Assembly: GCF_006345805.1 (NCBI RefSeq)
Contig: NC_043000.1
Coordinates: forward strand, 5,146,001 to 5,210,000
DNA: 64,000 nt
Direction: 5' to 3'
Source: Octopus sinensis
Lineage: Eukaryota
The notes under the pieces were generated by a model. That model had not been told where the DNA came from. It saw only the letters and a list, made by a program, of their open reading frames with translations, and did not search any database. This document shows, one piece after another, positions 24,546 through 37,820 of the stretch (position 1 is the stretch's first letter; every line of letters begins with the position of its first letter). Position numbers and translations under genes: made by a program.

Positions 24546-25360
24546 GAACAATCAGACAGGTGTATAATTAAACATTTGTTTTAGGTGACATTCAGGCCAA
24601 AAGCTTTAATGGAAGATAAATAAATAAAGATGGAATAAATTCCTCCAAAGAATATATAGATTTGAAGGATATTTCTATTGTTTGCTCAATTGTTAGAGTA
24701 GAAAGAAAAGAATAAATATCTTCAACTTTGTCTGTAGTCTGATATTTGGTAACTCAGTGCTTGTCTTCTTAGACCAAGCAACAAGCAATAGACAAGCATA
24801 CAAAAGAGAAAGGTGGAGAGGGGGAGAATTAGAAGGTGGGGTTGGAGATTTTGTATAGAGAATGTAAGACAGCTTTAAATGTGGAGAGCAATACTGGAAG
24901 TGGAAGATCTTTTATTTTATTTTATTTCATTTATATTTCTTTGAATTCTAAAGATCAAAAGCATTTTGATATAAATCAGATCTCTTAAAGCTTGCAGGTG
25001 TACTTTGTAACACTTGTGCTTGAATTCTACGAAATTAAGCAAAAAATTCCATAGCATTGCTTATTACTCTGCTTTAATGCCAAGCTTATTTGTGTCTGGA
25101 ACTTATGATTAGAGTCATTTTTATACCCCTTATTTGTTTTTTTTCTAAAAAAAGGCTCGGACACTTAATTATTTCTTGTTCAAATTTCAGATCATGAAAC
25201 TAATGAAGTATTTGCTGATGCTGTTGTTGTTGTTGTTGAAAATCAGATTAGCACAGATAGGGATAAACCTTTAATTCTTTCTACTATAGATACAAGAATT
25301 GAAATTTTGAGAGAGGGGGAAGACTCAATTACATCGACCCTAGTGTTCAACTGGTATCTA

Positions 25361-25555
25361 TTGGGTTGTCCGGAAAGGTCGATAAATACTTGCCATTACA
25401 TTTTTATCAACCAAATATGAACCTTTTTGTTGCACAATGTGTCTCAATCTTTCCTTTAACTTGAAAATACCCTCTTCCCAGAATTGAGGTGCCTGGGAGG
25501 GTAAGTCGAAAGGTAAGCTACTATAAAATCGGCATGAACTTTCCAGACAACCCAA
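25361..25555. mobile_element. Mariner-type MITE, 195 bp, inserted in a minus-strand SINE C
   Basis: TIRs TTGGGTTGTCCGGAAAG / CTTTCCAGACAACCCAA with TA duplication; removing it restores the SINE C sequence. Confidence 0.9.
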
Positions 25556-25763
25556 TATTTTACTGACTCCAAAAAGGTGAAAGGCAAAGTTGACCTTCAC
25601 AGCAAAAACAAATGCCCCTAGGCATTTTGTTCGGTTTCCTAATGATTCTGCTAGTTTGCCATTTTTTAGAGGTAAACCTATAATGAAAATCATTTTAATA
25701 TGGACAAATCTTATTTTTCTTTTCTTTTTCTGAGGCTGTGAACGTCCTTTTACCACATGCTAA

Positions 25764-25802
<39 letters not shown>

Positions 25803-26060
25803 GATCATAAGAAGCACGTGATTTGTGGAAACATATGTAGTGAGGCATTAAAATATTTATATATTCCATCCATGGATTATTATTATCCAGCTTCCATGAA
25901 AATATATCCAATCACCAAGGGGAAAACTTTACCTTGCTTGGAAGCAACAGGCAAGGATTAGAGACAGGAAGGGCATCCAACTGCAGAGAAACCTGCTTTA
26001 AAGAATTCCATTCCACGGGAAACATGGTAGTTTGGTTAAGTGGACATTAAAACAACAGCA

Positions 26061-26091
<31 letters not shown>

Positions 26092-26542
26092 CAATGACGA
26101 TGATGGCAACGATGACGACAGACAGTGATGACGATGCTGACAATGGTGATGGTGATGAAACACCATATAAAGAGGCTGCCTTTTTGCGATATTCTCTTCC
26201 TTTAGCTTCCCAGTCAATCTATGCCAGTCTTAAATCTGTGACCTGTACCACACACACACACACTTCACTTTTACTCGTTGATGTCTTCATTAAACATCTG
26301 ACTAACCTTATTGACTTTAAAGCAGATATAATGTTCTGTGGGTGATTCACATCATAAGAAATTCAGATGGTTGTTTTTTTTTGTTTTCTTTTTGGTTCTA
26401 TCTTTTTGTAGGAGCATATATTTATAGCAAGAAAATGTGAAGAATTTACTGCGATGAGCAAAATATATGTTGAAGTATCACTGTTATTATATTAATGTGT
26501 TACGTGTAGTAAGTGTGCTTGTTTGGCAGTAGCGCTGCTTTG

Positions 26543-26768
26543 ACTCTTTACTCTTTTAATCTGTTACTTGTTTCAGTCATTTGACTGCGGCCATGCTGGA
26601 GCACCGCCTTTAGTTGAGCAACTCGACCCCGGGACTTATTCTTTTGTAAGCCCAGTACTTATTCTATCGGTCTCTTTTGCCGAACCGCTAAGTAACGGGG
26701 ACATAAACACACCAGCATCGGTTGTCAAGCAATGCTAGGCGAGAAACACAGACACATTAACACACGCA

Positions 26769-26820
<52 letters not shown>

Positions 26821-26998
26821 ATATATACATATATACGACGGGCTTCTTTCAGTTTCCGTCTACCAAATCCACTCACAAGGCTTTGGTCAGCCCGAGGCTA
26901 TAGTAGAAGACACTTGCCCAAGGTGCCACGCAGTGGGACTGCACCTGGAACCATGTGGTTAGTAGACAAGCTACTTACCACACAGCCACTCCTGTGCC
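26543..26998 (-). mobile_element. Full-length SINE family A
   Basis: Reverse complement of 2383-2810. Confidence 0.9.
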
Positions 26999-27534
26999 TT
27001 ACTGTTAAGACTTATATAATGCATTTGAAGGGGTGTTCAACTTCAAGTTAATACCAGAAGAATGGAATGAGGGGCAACGATGACATTACAGGGCTCTGGA
27101 AACATACTCCAGTTGAACTTCAAACAAACTGCAAAGGGTCAGGATAGGTTAGAGACTGCCTACAAAGAGCAAGGGTTAAAATATGAATGGGCCACCATTA
27201 CCACTACCACTACTCCCACCATTTCCATCGTCATCCTCCTCCTTCTCATCATAATCATCAACAAACATCCATTTTCCAAACTGGCTGCAGTTGGAAAGTT
27301 CACCAATATCTGAGAGGCTGGAAGACTGTGGTAGACTCCACAATCTACTTCGGAATGGTTTCTACAGCCAGATGTACTTCCTAACACCAACTACTTTACT
27401 AAATGTGCTAAATGCTTTATTTTTTTTTTTTATGTTGTTGTTGTTATATGAGCACTAGTGTGATTGTTTTGCAAATAAGATTAAGGGCCTAAAAGGGCAC
27501 CTATTACCAAAGGAAACTAGAAGAGAAAGGTATA

Positions 27535-27634
27535 TACATTACTTACATTCGACAGATATTTGTCCTCATCTTGTTTGTTATCTTGGGGAAATTTTGAACC
27601 TGGGTTCTCATTCCCAAGATATTTTTTGATGTTG

Positions 27635-27666
<32 letters not shown>

Positions 27667-27995
27667 GTTCGGAATCTTGAGTTTGGTAGCCCGCACTCTT
27701 AACCACTATGCCATAAGCCCGTGGGCAATTATGGAGTGAATTTTAGGGCTTATAAATCTTATCTTTTTCTATCCTTCCTTAATATCGGTTTCTATATGCT
27801 GCTTGTATCTGCATTCAGTCTGCTTAGGAGGTTATTGTGTCCTAGCATGTGTGCTGCTTTTTATAGTTTCCGTATTTTCCAGTGGTGTTCTCTGTGTATT
27901 ATTTTAACGTCATCCCACAGGGGGAGGTGGTCTCCATTTTTCCTTACATGATCAGCTATACCTGATTTATCAATATCTCCTCATGTCGCAGCTTT
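27535..27995 (-). mobile_element. Penelope-like element 3' end (ORF end plus pLTR)
   Basis: GIY-YIG-type C-terminus followed by a tRNA-like segment, (AAT)n and pLTR; TA-rich flanks. Confidence 0.75.
27759..27993 (-). pseudogene. Penelope GIY-YIG endonuclease C-terminal remnant
   Basis: GDIDKSGIADHVRKNGDHLPLWDDVKIIHREHHWKIRKL*KAAHMLGHNNLLSRLNADTSSI*KPILRK: S-G-I-A-x-H...H...W...R...E-type pattern with in-frame stops. Confidence 0.7.
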
Positions 27996-28240
27996 ATATA
28001 TAGTGAGAGTGTACAATGGTTCTAGGTGGGGCAATGACAAAGAGTAAAGATTGATGAGAGGAACAGATTTTTCCAGCATTCAGTTCTCACCTCAGCACTT
28101 TCTTTATTGAGCAACTGCAATGCTCTGTTCTTCAATTACTCTTTGATCAACAAATTCAAACTTAGTCTTGGAATTAGCAACCTTTTGACCAAGATCAACA
28201 CTCAAACTTCAAATCACTTCCTCTTTGATTTACTTCAATA

Positions 28241-29006
28241 GGCGCAGGAGTGGCTGTGTGGTAAGTAGCTTGCTTACCAACCACATGGTTCCGGGTTCAG
28301 TCCCACTGCATGGCATCTTAGGCAAGTGTCTTCTGCTATAGCCCCGGGCTGACCAATGCCTTGTGAGTGGATTTGGTAGACGGAAACTGAAAGAAGCCTG
28401 TCGTATGGAAATCGATCAATGGAAATTGCAGATGTGTTACCAGTGCCGGTGGCATGTAAGAGAACCTTCCGTTTCGCGACCGTTGCCAGCACTGCCCCGT
28501 TTCGTGTCCGTTGCCAGCCTCGCCTGGCACATAAAAAGCACCATCCGTTCGTGGCCGTTTGCCAGCTCTGTCTGGCACCTGTGCGGGTGGCACGTAAAAA
28601 GCACCCACTACACTCACGGAGTGGTTGGCGTTAGGAAGGGCATCCAGCCGTAGAAACACTGCCAGATTTGACTGGGCCTGATGAAGCCTTCTGGCTTCAC
28701 AGACCCCAGTAGAACCGTCCAACCCATGCTAGCATGGAAAACGGACGCTAAACGATGATGATGATGATGATGATGATGATATGTGTGTGTGTGTGTTTGT
28801 TTGTGTGTATGTGTTTGTCCCCCTAGCATTGCTTGACAACCGATGCTGGTGTGTTTACGTCCCCGTCACTTAGCGGTTCGGCAAAAGACACCAATAGAAT
28901 AAGTACTGGGCTTACAAAGAATAAGTCCTGGGGTCGATTTGCTCGACTAAAAGGCGGTGCTCCAGCATGGCCACAGTCAAATGACTGAAACAAGTAAATG
29001 AGTAAA
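28241..29006 (+). mobile_element. SINE family A with a nested family B element (about 28407-28779)
   Basis: A 5' half, then B with (GAT)n tail, then A 3' half. Confidence 0.9.
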
Positions 29007-29590
29007 TACTTAATCCTCACACCAACAACATATTGATCTACTTCTTCATCCCCAATCCCCTGGGTCTCAGATTGGTAATACCTTGACATTCTTATATACC
29101 TGATCTTCAAGTCAGGTTAACAATCCTCAGACTGACACTCAACTAGCAACTACCATATCTAACCAACCAAACTCGCATCAACTCAGCATCTTTAGCTCTT
29201 GTCATCATCTTTTCTCATCACATGTCAGTGGTAACCTAAATATTTTAAGATGCATAATTGCTAAAAAGAAAAAGAATATATATATAACAAAATAACATAC
29301 ATAAATAAAAAGTGAGAGCAAAAAACAAAAAAAATATGTAATTAGCAGGCTTTACTGAAATTCTTGGTCTGGAAACAACCAATAACAGAACTCAGAGTTT
29401 TCAGTTTAGTAGATGTTGCTGGGTTGATGGGGGTGGTTACAAAAATAGTATTACTGACAAACAGCACCTGAGTAGTCAGTCAGCTAGTGAAGAGTAAGAA
29501 GTGAAGTCTGAGAATGGTATATGAAGACACCCTGGTTGTCTACACATACAAGTATTCACATAAACAACACATACAGATGTAAAAGGATAT

Positions 29591-29628
<38 letters not shown>

Positions 29629-30278
29629 AGATAAAACCCTGATCTGTCTTGCACAGCAAATGAACATAACACAATGACATATGTCCACCGTCTACCCCAC
29701 CCCATATAAATATTTATCAGCAACTGCACCCCCTCCCTTGTAAATTATTCTGTACATTCACTTACACCCCCATTGTCTCTAACCATCTGTCACACTCCTC
29801 TAATACTCTTGTGAACTTATCCACCACCCCTAATCCTGATCCTTTATCTGAATTCTCTCTTATACTCACTTTCTTGTACCTCTTATATATTGTCACCAAC
29901 ATCTCTTTCCCCTTTTCAATTATTTCCGCACGTCCTTATATAACACAGAATGCAAAACACCAGTGCTTGTTCCTCTATTGTACATTAACCTCTCAATATC
30001 TGGCATAAAAGCCACTACCCACCTCTTCTACTACAACCCCATCCTGTTGTGGCAGGGGGTTCTTTCTTTTCTATCTTGTGCCAATGTCATGGAAAAAGCA
30101 CCAAGTATATTCAGTAAAGTGGTTGGCTTTAGGAAGGACATCAAGACATAGAAACCATACAAAAGAAAAGACTGGAGCTCAATGCAATCCCTCAGCTCAC
30201 TGGATTCTGTCAAGAAAGCCACCGACCCATGCCAGCATGGAAAAACAAATGTTAAATGATAATGAAAATGATAATATA

Positions 30279-30320
<42 letters not shown>

Positions 30321-30497
30321 TAGATAGATGGATAGATATACATATATATAGATATATATATATATCTATATATTTATATATCTGTTTGTGTGTATGTATG
30401 TGTGTGTGTGTGTGTGTGTATACACACACACACGCACACATACACTCATATATATATAGTGGTGGGGGCGACGAACACAAACAGAAATACACACACA

Positions 30498-30567
<70 letters not shown>

Positions 30568-30790
30568 ACTAGAAAACAAAAAGGGATTTAAAAATCCTGG
30601 CAGATATCAATAGACCACTTAGTATTAAAAGAATTGGGTTAATAATATTCAACCAACAGACACCAGCAAAGGTAGGTAAATCCTCATACATCTCAGGTAA
30701 ATCCAAATATCCTTTGGCACAATTTCAAGAATTTCAGAGTGACAACAAAAAATATGCATAGAGAGACTTTTATCTTTATTATAGATCGCA

Positions 30791-30835
<45 letters not shown>

Positions 30836-30891
30836 TATATGTATATATATATATGTATATATATATATGTATATATATATATATACATATA

Positions 30892-30952
<61 letters not shown>

Positions 30953-30956
<4 letters not shown>

Positions 30957-31815
30957 TCCTGTGTCAGGCCGAAGAACGAAATGTTCCAAGATAAGAGTCT
31001 TTCTAATCTAATGTTGTGGTTGAGCTGTTTATTATTATTATTATTACTATTATTAGTAGTATTAGTATTGTCCCTTTGATCCTCGGTCGAAAATTTGCTT
31101 ATCATTATTATTATTATTATTATTTATTATTATTATTACTATTTTCAGCTTCGCCTTGTATTGCATATTATTCTCCATACAGGGGTTTTTTTCAATGGCG
31201 GCCCATTTTCGCGGGGTTCCACTATTCCCTTCTCTCTCTCCCTCTTTTACGTTGTCTGCCATCCCCCCCTCTTCCTTTGCTAAGAGCATTTTTAAGCCAG
31301 CCCGTCATATTCCTGTGTCAGGCCGAAGAACGAAATGTTCCAAGATAAGAGAGTCTTTCTAATCTAATGTTGTGGTTGAGCTGTTTATTATTATTATTAT
31401 TACTATTATTAGTAGTATTAGTATTGTCCCTTGATCCTCGGTCGAAAATTTGCTTATCATTATTATTATATTATTATTATTATTATTATTATTACTATTT
31501 TCAGCTTCGCCTTGTATTGCATATTATTTCTCCATACAGGGGTTTTTTCAATGGCGGCCCATTTTCGCGGGGTTCCACTATTTCCCTTCTCTCTCTCCCT
31601 CTTTTACGTTGTCTGCCATCCCCCCTCTTCCTTTGCTAAGAGCATTTTTAAGCCAGCCCGTCATATTCCTGTGTCAGGCCGAAGAACGAAATGTTCCCAA
31701 GATAAGAGAGTCTTTCTAATCTAATGTTGTGGTTGAGCTGTTTATTATTTATTATTATTACTATTATTAGTAGTATTAGTATTGTCCCTTTGATCCTCGG
31801 TCGAAAATTTGCTTA

Positions 31816-31852
<37 letters not shown>

Positions 31853-32023
31853 TTTCAGCTTCGCCTTGTATTGCATATTATTTCTCCATACAGGGGTTTT
31901 TTCAATGGCGGCCCATTTTCGCGGGGTTCCACTATTTCCCTTCTCTCTCTCCCTCTTTTACGTTGTCTGCCATCCCCCCTCTTCCTTTGCTAAGAGCATT
32001 TTTAAGCCAGCCCGTCATATTCC
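30953..32023. repeat. Tandem triplication of an about 355-bp unit
   Basis: Units start ATATTCCTGTGTCAGGCC at 30953, 31307 and 31663; array ends with ATATTCC at 32017-32023. Confidence 0.95.
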
Positions 32024-32272
32024 CGGTGCACCCGCCCTTGCCCACCCCCACCACCAATACCGGATATCTCTATATTTTTGCTCCATCTATACCGGATGTC
32101 GCTTCTCCCACCACCATTATAGGTGTCTACTCTTCGAACCCCCCTCTTCAATACGCTATTTGACCATGCATTACCCCTCTCTTGATATCCTACGTTCTAC
32201 TTGCCTAGAACCTGTCATCATTTCTCTGAACCACCCCTCCCCACTGGTGCTCCCCTATATTTCTCCCCCCCA

Positions 32273-32508
32273 CATAAAAAGCACCATCCGAACGTGGCCG
32301 ATGCCAGACCCCTCTGGCACCTGTGCAGGTGGCACGTAAAAAACACCCACTACACTCGCGGAGTGGTTGGCGTTAGGAAGGGCATCCAGCTGTAGAAACA
32401 CTGCCAGACTAGACTGGAGCCTGGGGCAGTCCCGAGCTCCCCAGACCCCGGTCGAAACCGTCCAACCCGTGCTAGCGCGGAAAACGGACGTTAAATGATG
32501 ATGATGAT
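32273..32508 (+). mobile_element. Family B retroposon
   Basis: Conserved block plus (GAT)n tail. Confidence 0.85.
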
Positions 32509-32529
32509 ATATATATATATATATATATA

Positions 32530-32680
32530 GGCATGGTTGTGTGGTAAGAAGCTTGCTTCCCAAGCACATGGTTTCAGGTTCAGTCCCATTGTGTGGCACC
32601 TTGGGCAAGTGTCTTCTACTATAGCCTCAGGCTTCCCAAAACCTTGTGAGTGGATTTAGTTGAAGGAAACTGAAAAAATC

Positions 32681-32712
<32 letters not shown>

Positions 32713-32999
32713 AATTAATCAAAATAAAAACATGATGCCAAGAATTCAGCGGTACATATGTTTCGGGCTTTTATTAGAAGGATTTATAACAATGCATAAT
32801 GTGTGTCTATGGCCTTCTTCAGCCGCGCACAATTACTACTTCAAGGACATGTATTACATCATAAATTCTACGTTGGGGATGCAAATCCTCACAGTTGCGT
32901 ACGACATAGTGGGGCACCAGCACAAAAATGAAGCGTCCATCTCGTCTTTCACTCAATGTATATATACAGGTGCTTACAATTATCAAGTACTCACCCTGG

Positions 33000-33039
<40 letters not shown>

Positions 33040-33185
33040 GTGTTTATGTCTGTGTTTGACACCACCCCCATCGCTTGACAACTGATGTTGGTGTGTTTAC
33101 ATCTGTGTAACCTAGCAGTTTGGCAAAAAGAGACTGATAGAATAAATACCAGGCTTACAAAGAATAAGTCCAGGGGTCGATTTCT
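32530..33185 (+). mobile_element. SINE family A split by a Penelope-like HHR insert
   Basis: 5' half 32530-32685, 3' half 33035-33185, insert between two (TA)n runs. Confidence 0.75.
32749..32826 (-). ncRNA. Minimal type I hammerhead ribozyme (Penelope-type, palindromic stem III)
   Basis: GCGG-CUGAAGA-AGGC...GCCC-GAAAC-AUAU-GUA-CCGC; predicted cleavage between 32753 and 32752. Confidence 0.75.
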
Positions 33186-33629
33186 CTTTCTCTTTTTAAT
33201 TTGGAGTAAATTTTGACCAGACTCCAACTTTGGAGCAAGGTTGTGAAGGAAAGTATCTTGATTTAACTGTCATCCTCTGAATCTTCAGAAGATCTTGCAG
33301 ATTTTTATAGTTCCAGATATTATATCTGGGACTATACATACTAATGTATGTATGTATGTATGTATGTATGTATGTATGCAAGCATACATACGCACGTACA
33401 TATGTATCTTTTTCTCACTTGCTCTCTCTCTCTCTCTCAAAAAAGAAAGATAGATAGATAGATAGATAGTTAAGCCCAGGTGTGAGCATGAACTGTTGGC
33501 TCCCCTGTGTGTATACATGTATGAGTGTGTGTATGTGCATGCACGCATGTGTCTGTGTACATAAATGCATGCATGCATGCATGAGTGAGAGCATGTGCAA
33601 ATCTCATCTCTCCTTCTGACTCACACACA

Positions 33630-33670
<41 letters not shown>

Positions 33671-34110
33671 TACGCACACACACACAAGCACCTATCAACC
33701 AATCTCTTTACCTCACTACAGATTTCTCATATTTCTTGGAACATGAACACTAAACAAATAAATGAAATACAGAAAAATAATAATAATAATAATAATAAAA
33801 TAGCCAAAAAAAAATATATATAAAGAAGAAAGACACACAAAAAAAAACAACAACATACGAACATTAAAACAAGTGTCAAAGGAGAAAAAAATGTAAAAAA
33901 CAAACACTAACAAATAACAAAACAAAACAAACAACACCTAATGATATGAAATCTATCTAGCTTTGGTACTGGAATTTCACAGAAGTCTCTTGTTTTATAT
34001 AAAGTTCTACCCTTCACCTGACTGTTCTGTTTTACTATTCCCTTCTCTCTCTCCTTCTTTCATTTCCCCCTCTCTGTCGCTTTCTCTCATTCCCCATCTC
34101 TCTCTCTCTC

Positions 34111-34153
<43 letters not shown>

Positions 34154-34297
34154 TCACATTCTTTCTCTTTGTATATGTGTGTTATACATATATTACCATA
34201 ACTTACATTCTCTCTTTCTTTTCACATGAATTTAATATATGTATATCTATCTATCTATCTATATACCATAACTTATATATATATACTATATATATAT

Positions 34298-34350
<53 letters not shown>

Positions 34351-34447
34351 GTATGCATGTATATATATATTAATGTGGCTCACATTCTCTTTCTATCTAG
34401 GTAGTTGTGTAGTTCTACATTTGTGTCTTACTCTCACTTTTGTTCAG

Positions 34448-34478
<31 letters not shown>

Positions 34479-35294
34479 CTTTTGGTCTTTTATTCTAGTA
34501 AAACAGCAAACAACCAAGCCCTACCTTTACTTCCCTTCGGCTCTCCCCCTTTTTTTTTCTATCTCCCCTACTTGAAACACCAGGTTCTTTTTTCTCTTCC
34601 TCTCTAAACTCCTGTTGCCTTTTTATTTTATCCCCTCCATTTCATCATCTTCTATTCTCATTCAATGCTTTCATCAATACACTTTCTTATTTCCCCTGTT
34701 TCTCTGTCCCCTTCTCTAAGCTCCTGTTTTTTTTCTTCTCTTTCACCTTTGCCTTCACTCTCCATTTCATCTCACTCCTCTACTTCTGTTCCTCTCCCTC
34801 TTCCCTACTTATACTTACTGCCTCATCTCACTCTCCCAGTCCAGTATCACCAACTTCAGCACCTAGTAATTTTTTCTTCTGGGATCCTTCATTACTGCAT
34901 AGTAACTCCTTTTCATTATTCCAATTGCATCACACAGAAACCTCTATATATACACACAGGCACAGGCATGGCTATTCTATAAAAAAGTTTGCCACTGTGT
35001 GGCACCTTGGAAAAATGTCTCCTACTACAGCCCCAGAACAACCAAATCCTTATGAGCAGATAAATGAGTGTGTGTTGGCATTTGTGCTCTCCAAAACTCA
35101 TGAGCTACATGTAGTGATGTTGGTGTCTTCTGCTGGCTTTGTACCTTCAAAGACGTAAAATAGGAGATCCCTTTCATGAAAAACAAGTGAGGGTTATTGA
35201 TGGGAAGAATATTCATTTGTAAAACAATACCTCAATAATACATTCACTTAACCAATGCCATCATGGAAAACAGGGGTAAAAACTAATGAACATA

Positions 35295-35718
35295 TATGTG
35301 GTTGGGTGGTAAGAAGCTTGCTTCCCAACCACATGGTTCCATGTTCAGTCCCACTGCATGGCACATTGGGCAAATGTCTTCAACTATAGCCTCAAGCTGA
35401 CCAAAGCCTTGTGAGTAGATTTGGTAGTGAGAAACTGAAAGAAGCCTGATGTATCTATCTGTCTGTCTGTCTGTCTGTCTGTCTGTATGCATGTATGTAT
35501 GTATGTATGTGTATATCTTTGTGTGTGTCTCTTTGTGCCTGTGTTTGACCCCCAATCACTGCTCTTGACAACTGGTGTTGGTTTGTTTATGTCACTGAAA
35601 CTTAGCAGTTCAGCAAACAAGAAGAGATAGAATTAAAACTGATAGGCTTAAAAAATAAGTCCCGGGGTCGATTTGTTCGAGTAAAAATCCTTCAAGTCAT
35701 GACCAAAACAAGTAAAAG
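35295..35718 (+). mobile_element. SINE family A
   Basis: Head, central microsatellite and 3' half. Confidence 0.85.
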
Positions 35719-37280
35719 ATTATATACATATTTATTGAAAAAATTTATTGAATGGAGAAGGTAAAATCCAGGTTATGTATGCTTCCTTACTAACAGAACC
35801 TCAGAAGTATTAATTTTATTCCCATACACAGCAACTCCAATGGTGAACTACAAAAACGAATTTTTCCAGCTTATTAAACCTTGATATGAGTAAAACTTAC
35901 AACTGTCTATGTCAATAAACCACTATAGTTTCTAAAAGTTGTTTTTTATACTTTCTATGAACTGCTTGAAGCTTACCAACTTCCTACACCTTGATTGTTC
36001 ATTCTTATCTTTACATATATTATATATAATATTAAATATGAATAGATGTACAGCAAAATACTTTGATACTTTATTTCATATATTATTAAAAAAATATAAC
36101 AAAAGTGCCTGTAATTGAATATGGGTAACATGCATGATTATATTCACAAGGGATGGCTTTAATCTAACCATATTCAATAATCTCTACAATCACCTTTCCT
36201 TATGGCCATCCAGCATTCCCTCTCCATCAGGTCATTCATTATTGACACCCATTATCTCTCTCTTACCATCATTCATCTTTACTCCTCTCCATAATTTTCT
36301 CTCCCTCTCTCCCTCTCAATCTATCAATGTCCCTTTCTCATATTATTTCCTCCCCTATCACTTATTGTTGAAATATTTCATTCTTTTTTCCCCCACCACA
36401 TTTATCCACTGCCATTATTTTTTTATTTTTGTTCCTATCATGCTCTTCATGCTGCACTTATCCTTACTAGCAAACAACATGTTGTTGCCATCACTGTCTT
36501 TCTTATATTACTCCCTCCTATCACACTTTCTCCCACCATTCTGTCTCTTCTTTCACTCTGTTTTTTTTTGTCATCGTTCTGTTTTCTATTCAGCCCCTTG
36601 AGTAAATGGTGTATTTTTGGGGTCATTTAGGAAATATGACAATCTCTTTAGTGCTGGTGTCATGATAAAATGCTCTCAGTATACTTACTAAGGTAACTGA
36701 AACTAGGAAGAGTATTTAACCACAGAAACTATGCTGTATCAGCCTTTGCCTTACTCTTGGATAACATCGGTGGCATGATGAGGGGAGGCTGGTAGGCATG
36801 GGCGACTGCTGGTCTTCTATAAACAACCTTGCCCAGACTTATGCTTCAGAGGGTAACTTTTTAGATGCAATCCCATGGTCATTCATGACACAGAAGGGGG
36901 TCTTTAGTACCAATCCTCCAAAAGAGGACAGCCGTACAGGGCAAATCAAATAACCTTACAAATTTCCTGATTGTTTTTCAAACCACAACCAGAACAGGTG
37001 CTTTGTTCCAAGCTTTGGATAATAGTAGCAGTAATAGTATGGGGGCATGCACTGTAACAGTGCATCACTGCATCCACCATTTGTTGGGGATTCCAATGTT
37101 GTCTGAGGAAAGGCAAAGGGGCCAATACAGCTTGGCACCAGTGACGTCGCAACTTATTTCCACTGCTGAGTGAACTGGAGCAACGTGAAATAAGTGTCAC
37201 AACATGCAGCCCAGTCTGAGAATCAAAGTCACAACCTCATGATTGTAAGCCCAATACACTAACCACTAAGCTATGCACCT

Positions 37281-37586
37281 TAGTGGTTAGGGTATTTGGC
37301 TCATGATCATAAAGTCATGAGTTCAATTTCCAGCAATGCATTATGTCCTTGAGCAAGACACTTTATTTCACATTGCTCCAGTCTACTCAGCTGGCAAAAT
37401 GAGTAGTGTCTGTATTTCAAAGGTTCAGACTTGTCACATCCTGAGTCACTCTGAATCTCCCTGAGAACTACATTAAGAGTATGCAGGTCTGTGCAGTGCT
37501 CAGCCACTTGCACTTTTATTTCATGAGCAAGCTGTTCCATAGATCAGATCAACTGGAAACCTCATTGTCATGACAGACGGAGTACC

Positions 37587-37590
<4 letters not shown>
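37281..37590 (+). mobile_element. SINE family D
   Basis: AGTGGTTAGGGTATTTGGC head to GACAGACGGAGTACCAG plus (AGT)n tail; reverse match at 45112-45300. Confidence 0.85.
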
Positions 37591-37624
<34 letters not shown>

Positions 37625-37789
37625 AGCTGTTTTGGACAGATTTTTTTATCAATGAATAATTTAGTTACCACATGAAAAAACCATTTCCTTCAGGTAAAAT
37701 TTAAGATTTGGTTGGTCAAAAAATACTAAGTTATGGAATGTGGAAGAATGACACTCGCATTTTGGGATCAATGAAGAGAGAGATGAGAG

Positions 37790-37819
<30 letters not shown>

Positions 37820-37820
<1 letters not shown>

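Noticed and set aside
25805-25845. GAAAC-ATAT-GTA palindrome, same as the 32.75-kb stem III
   Set aside because: Upstream core CATAAGA and both stems do not fit.
30953-32023. CRISPR-like or satellite interpretation of tandem repeats (also 39216-39333, 40625-41622)
   Set aside because: Eukaryotic DNA, no unique spacers, no cas genes.
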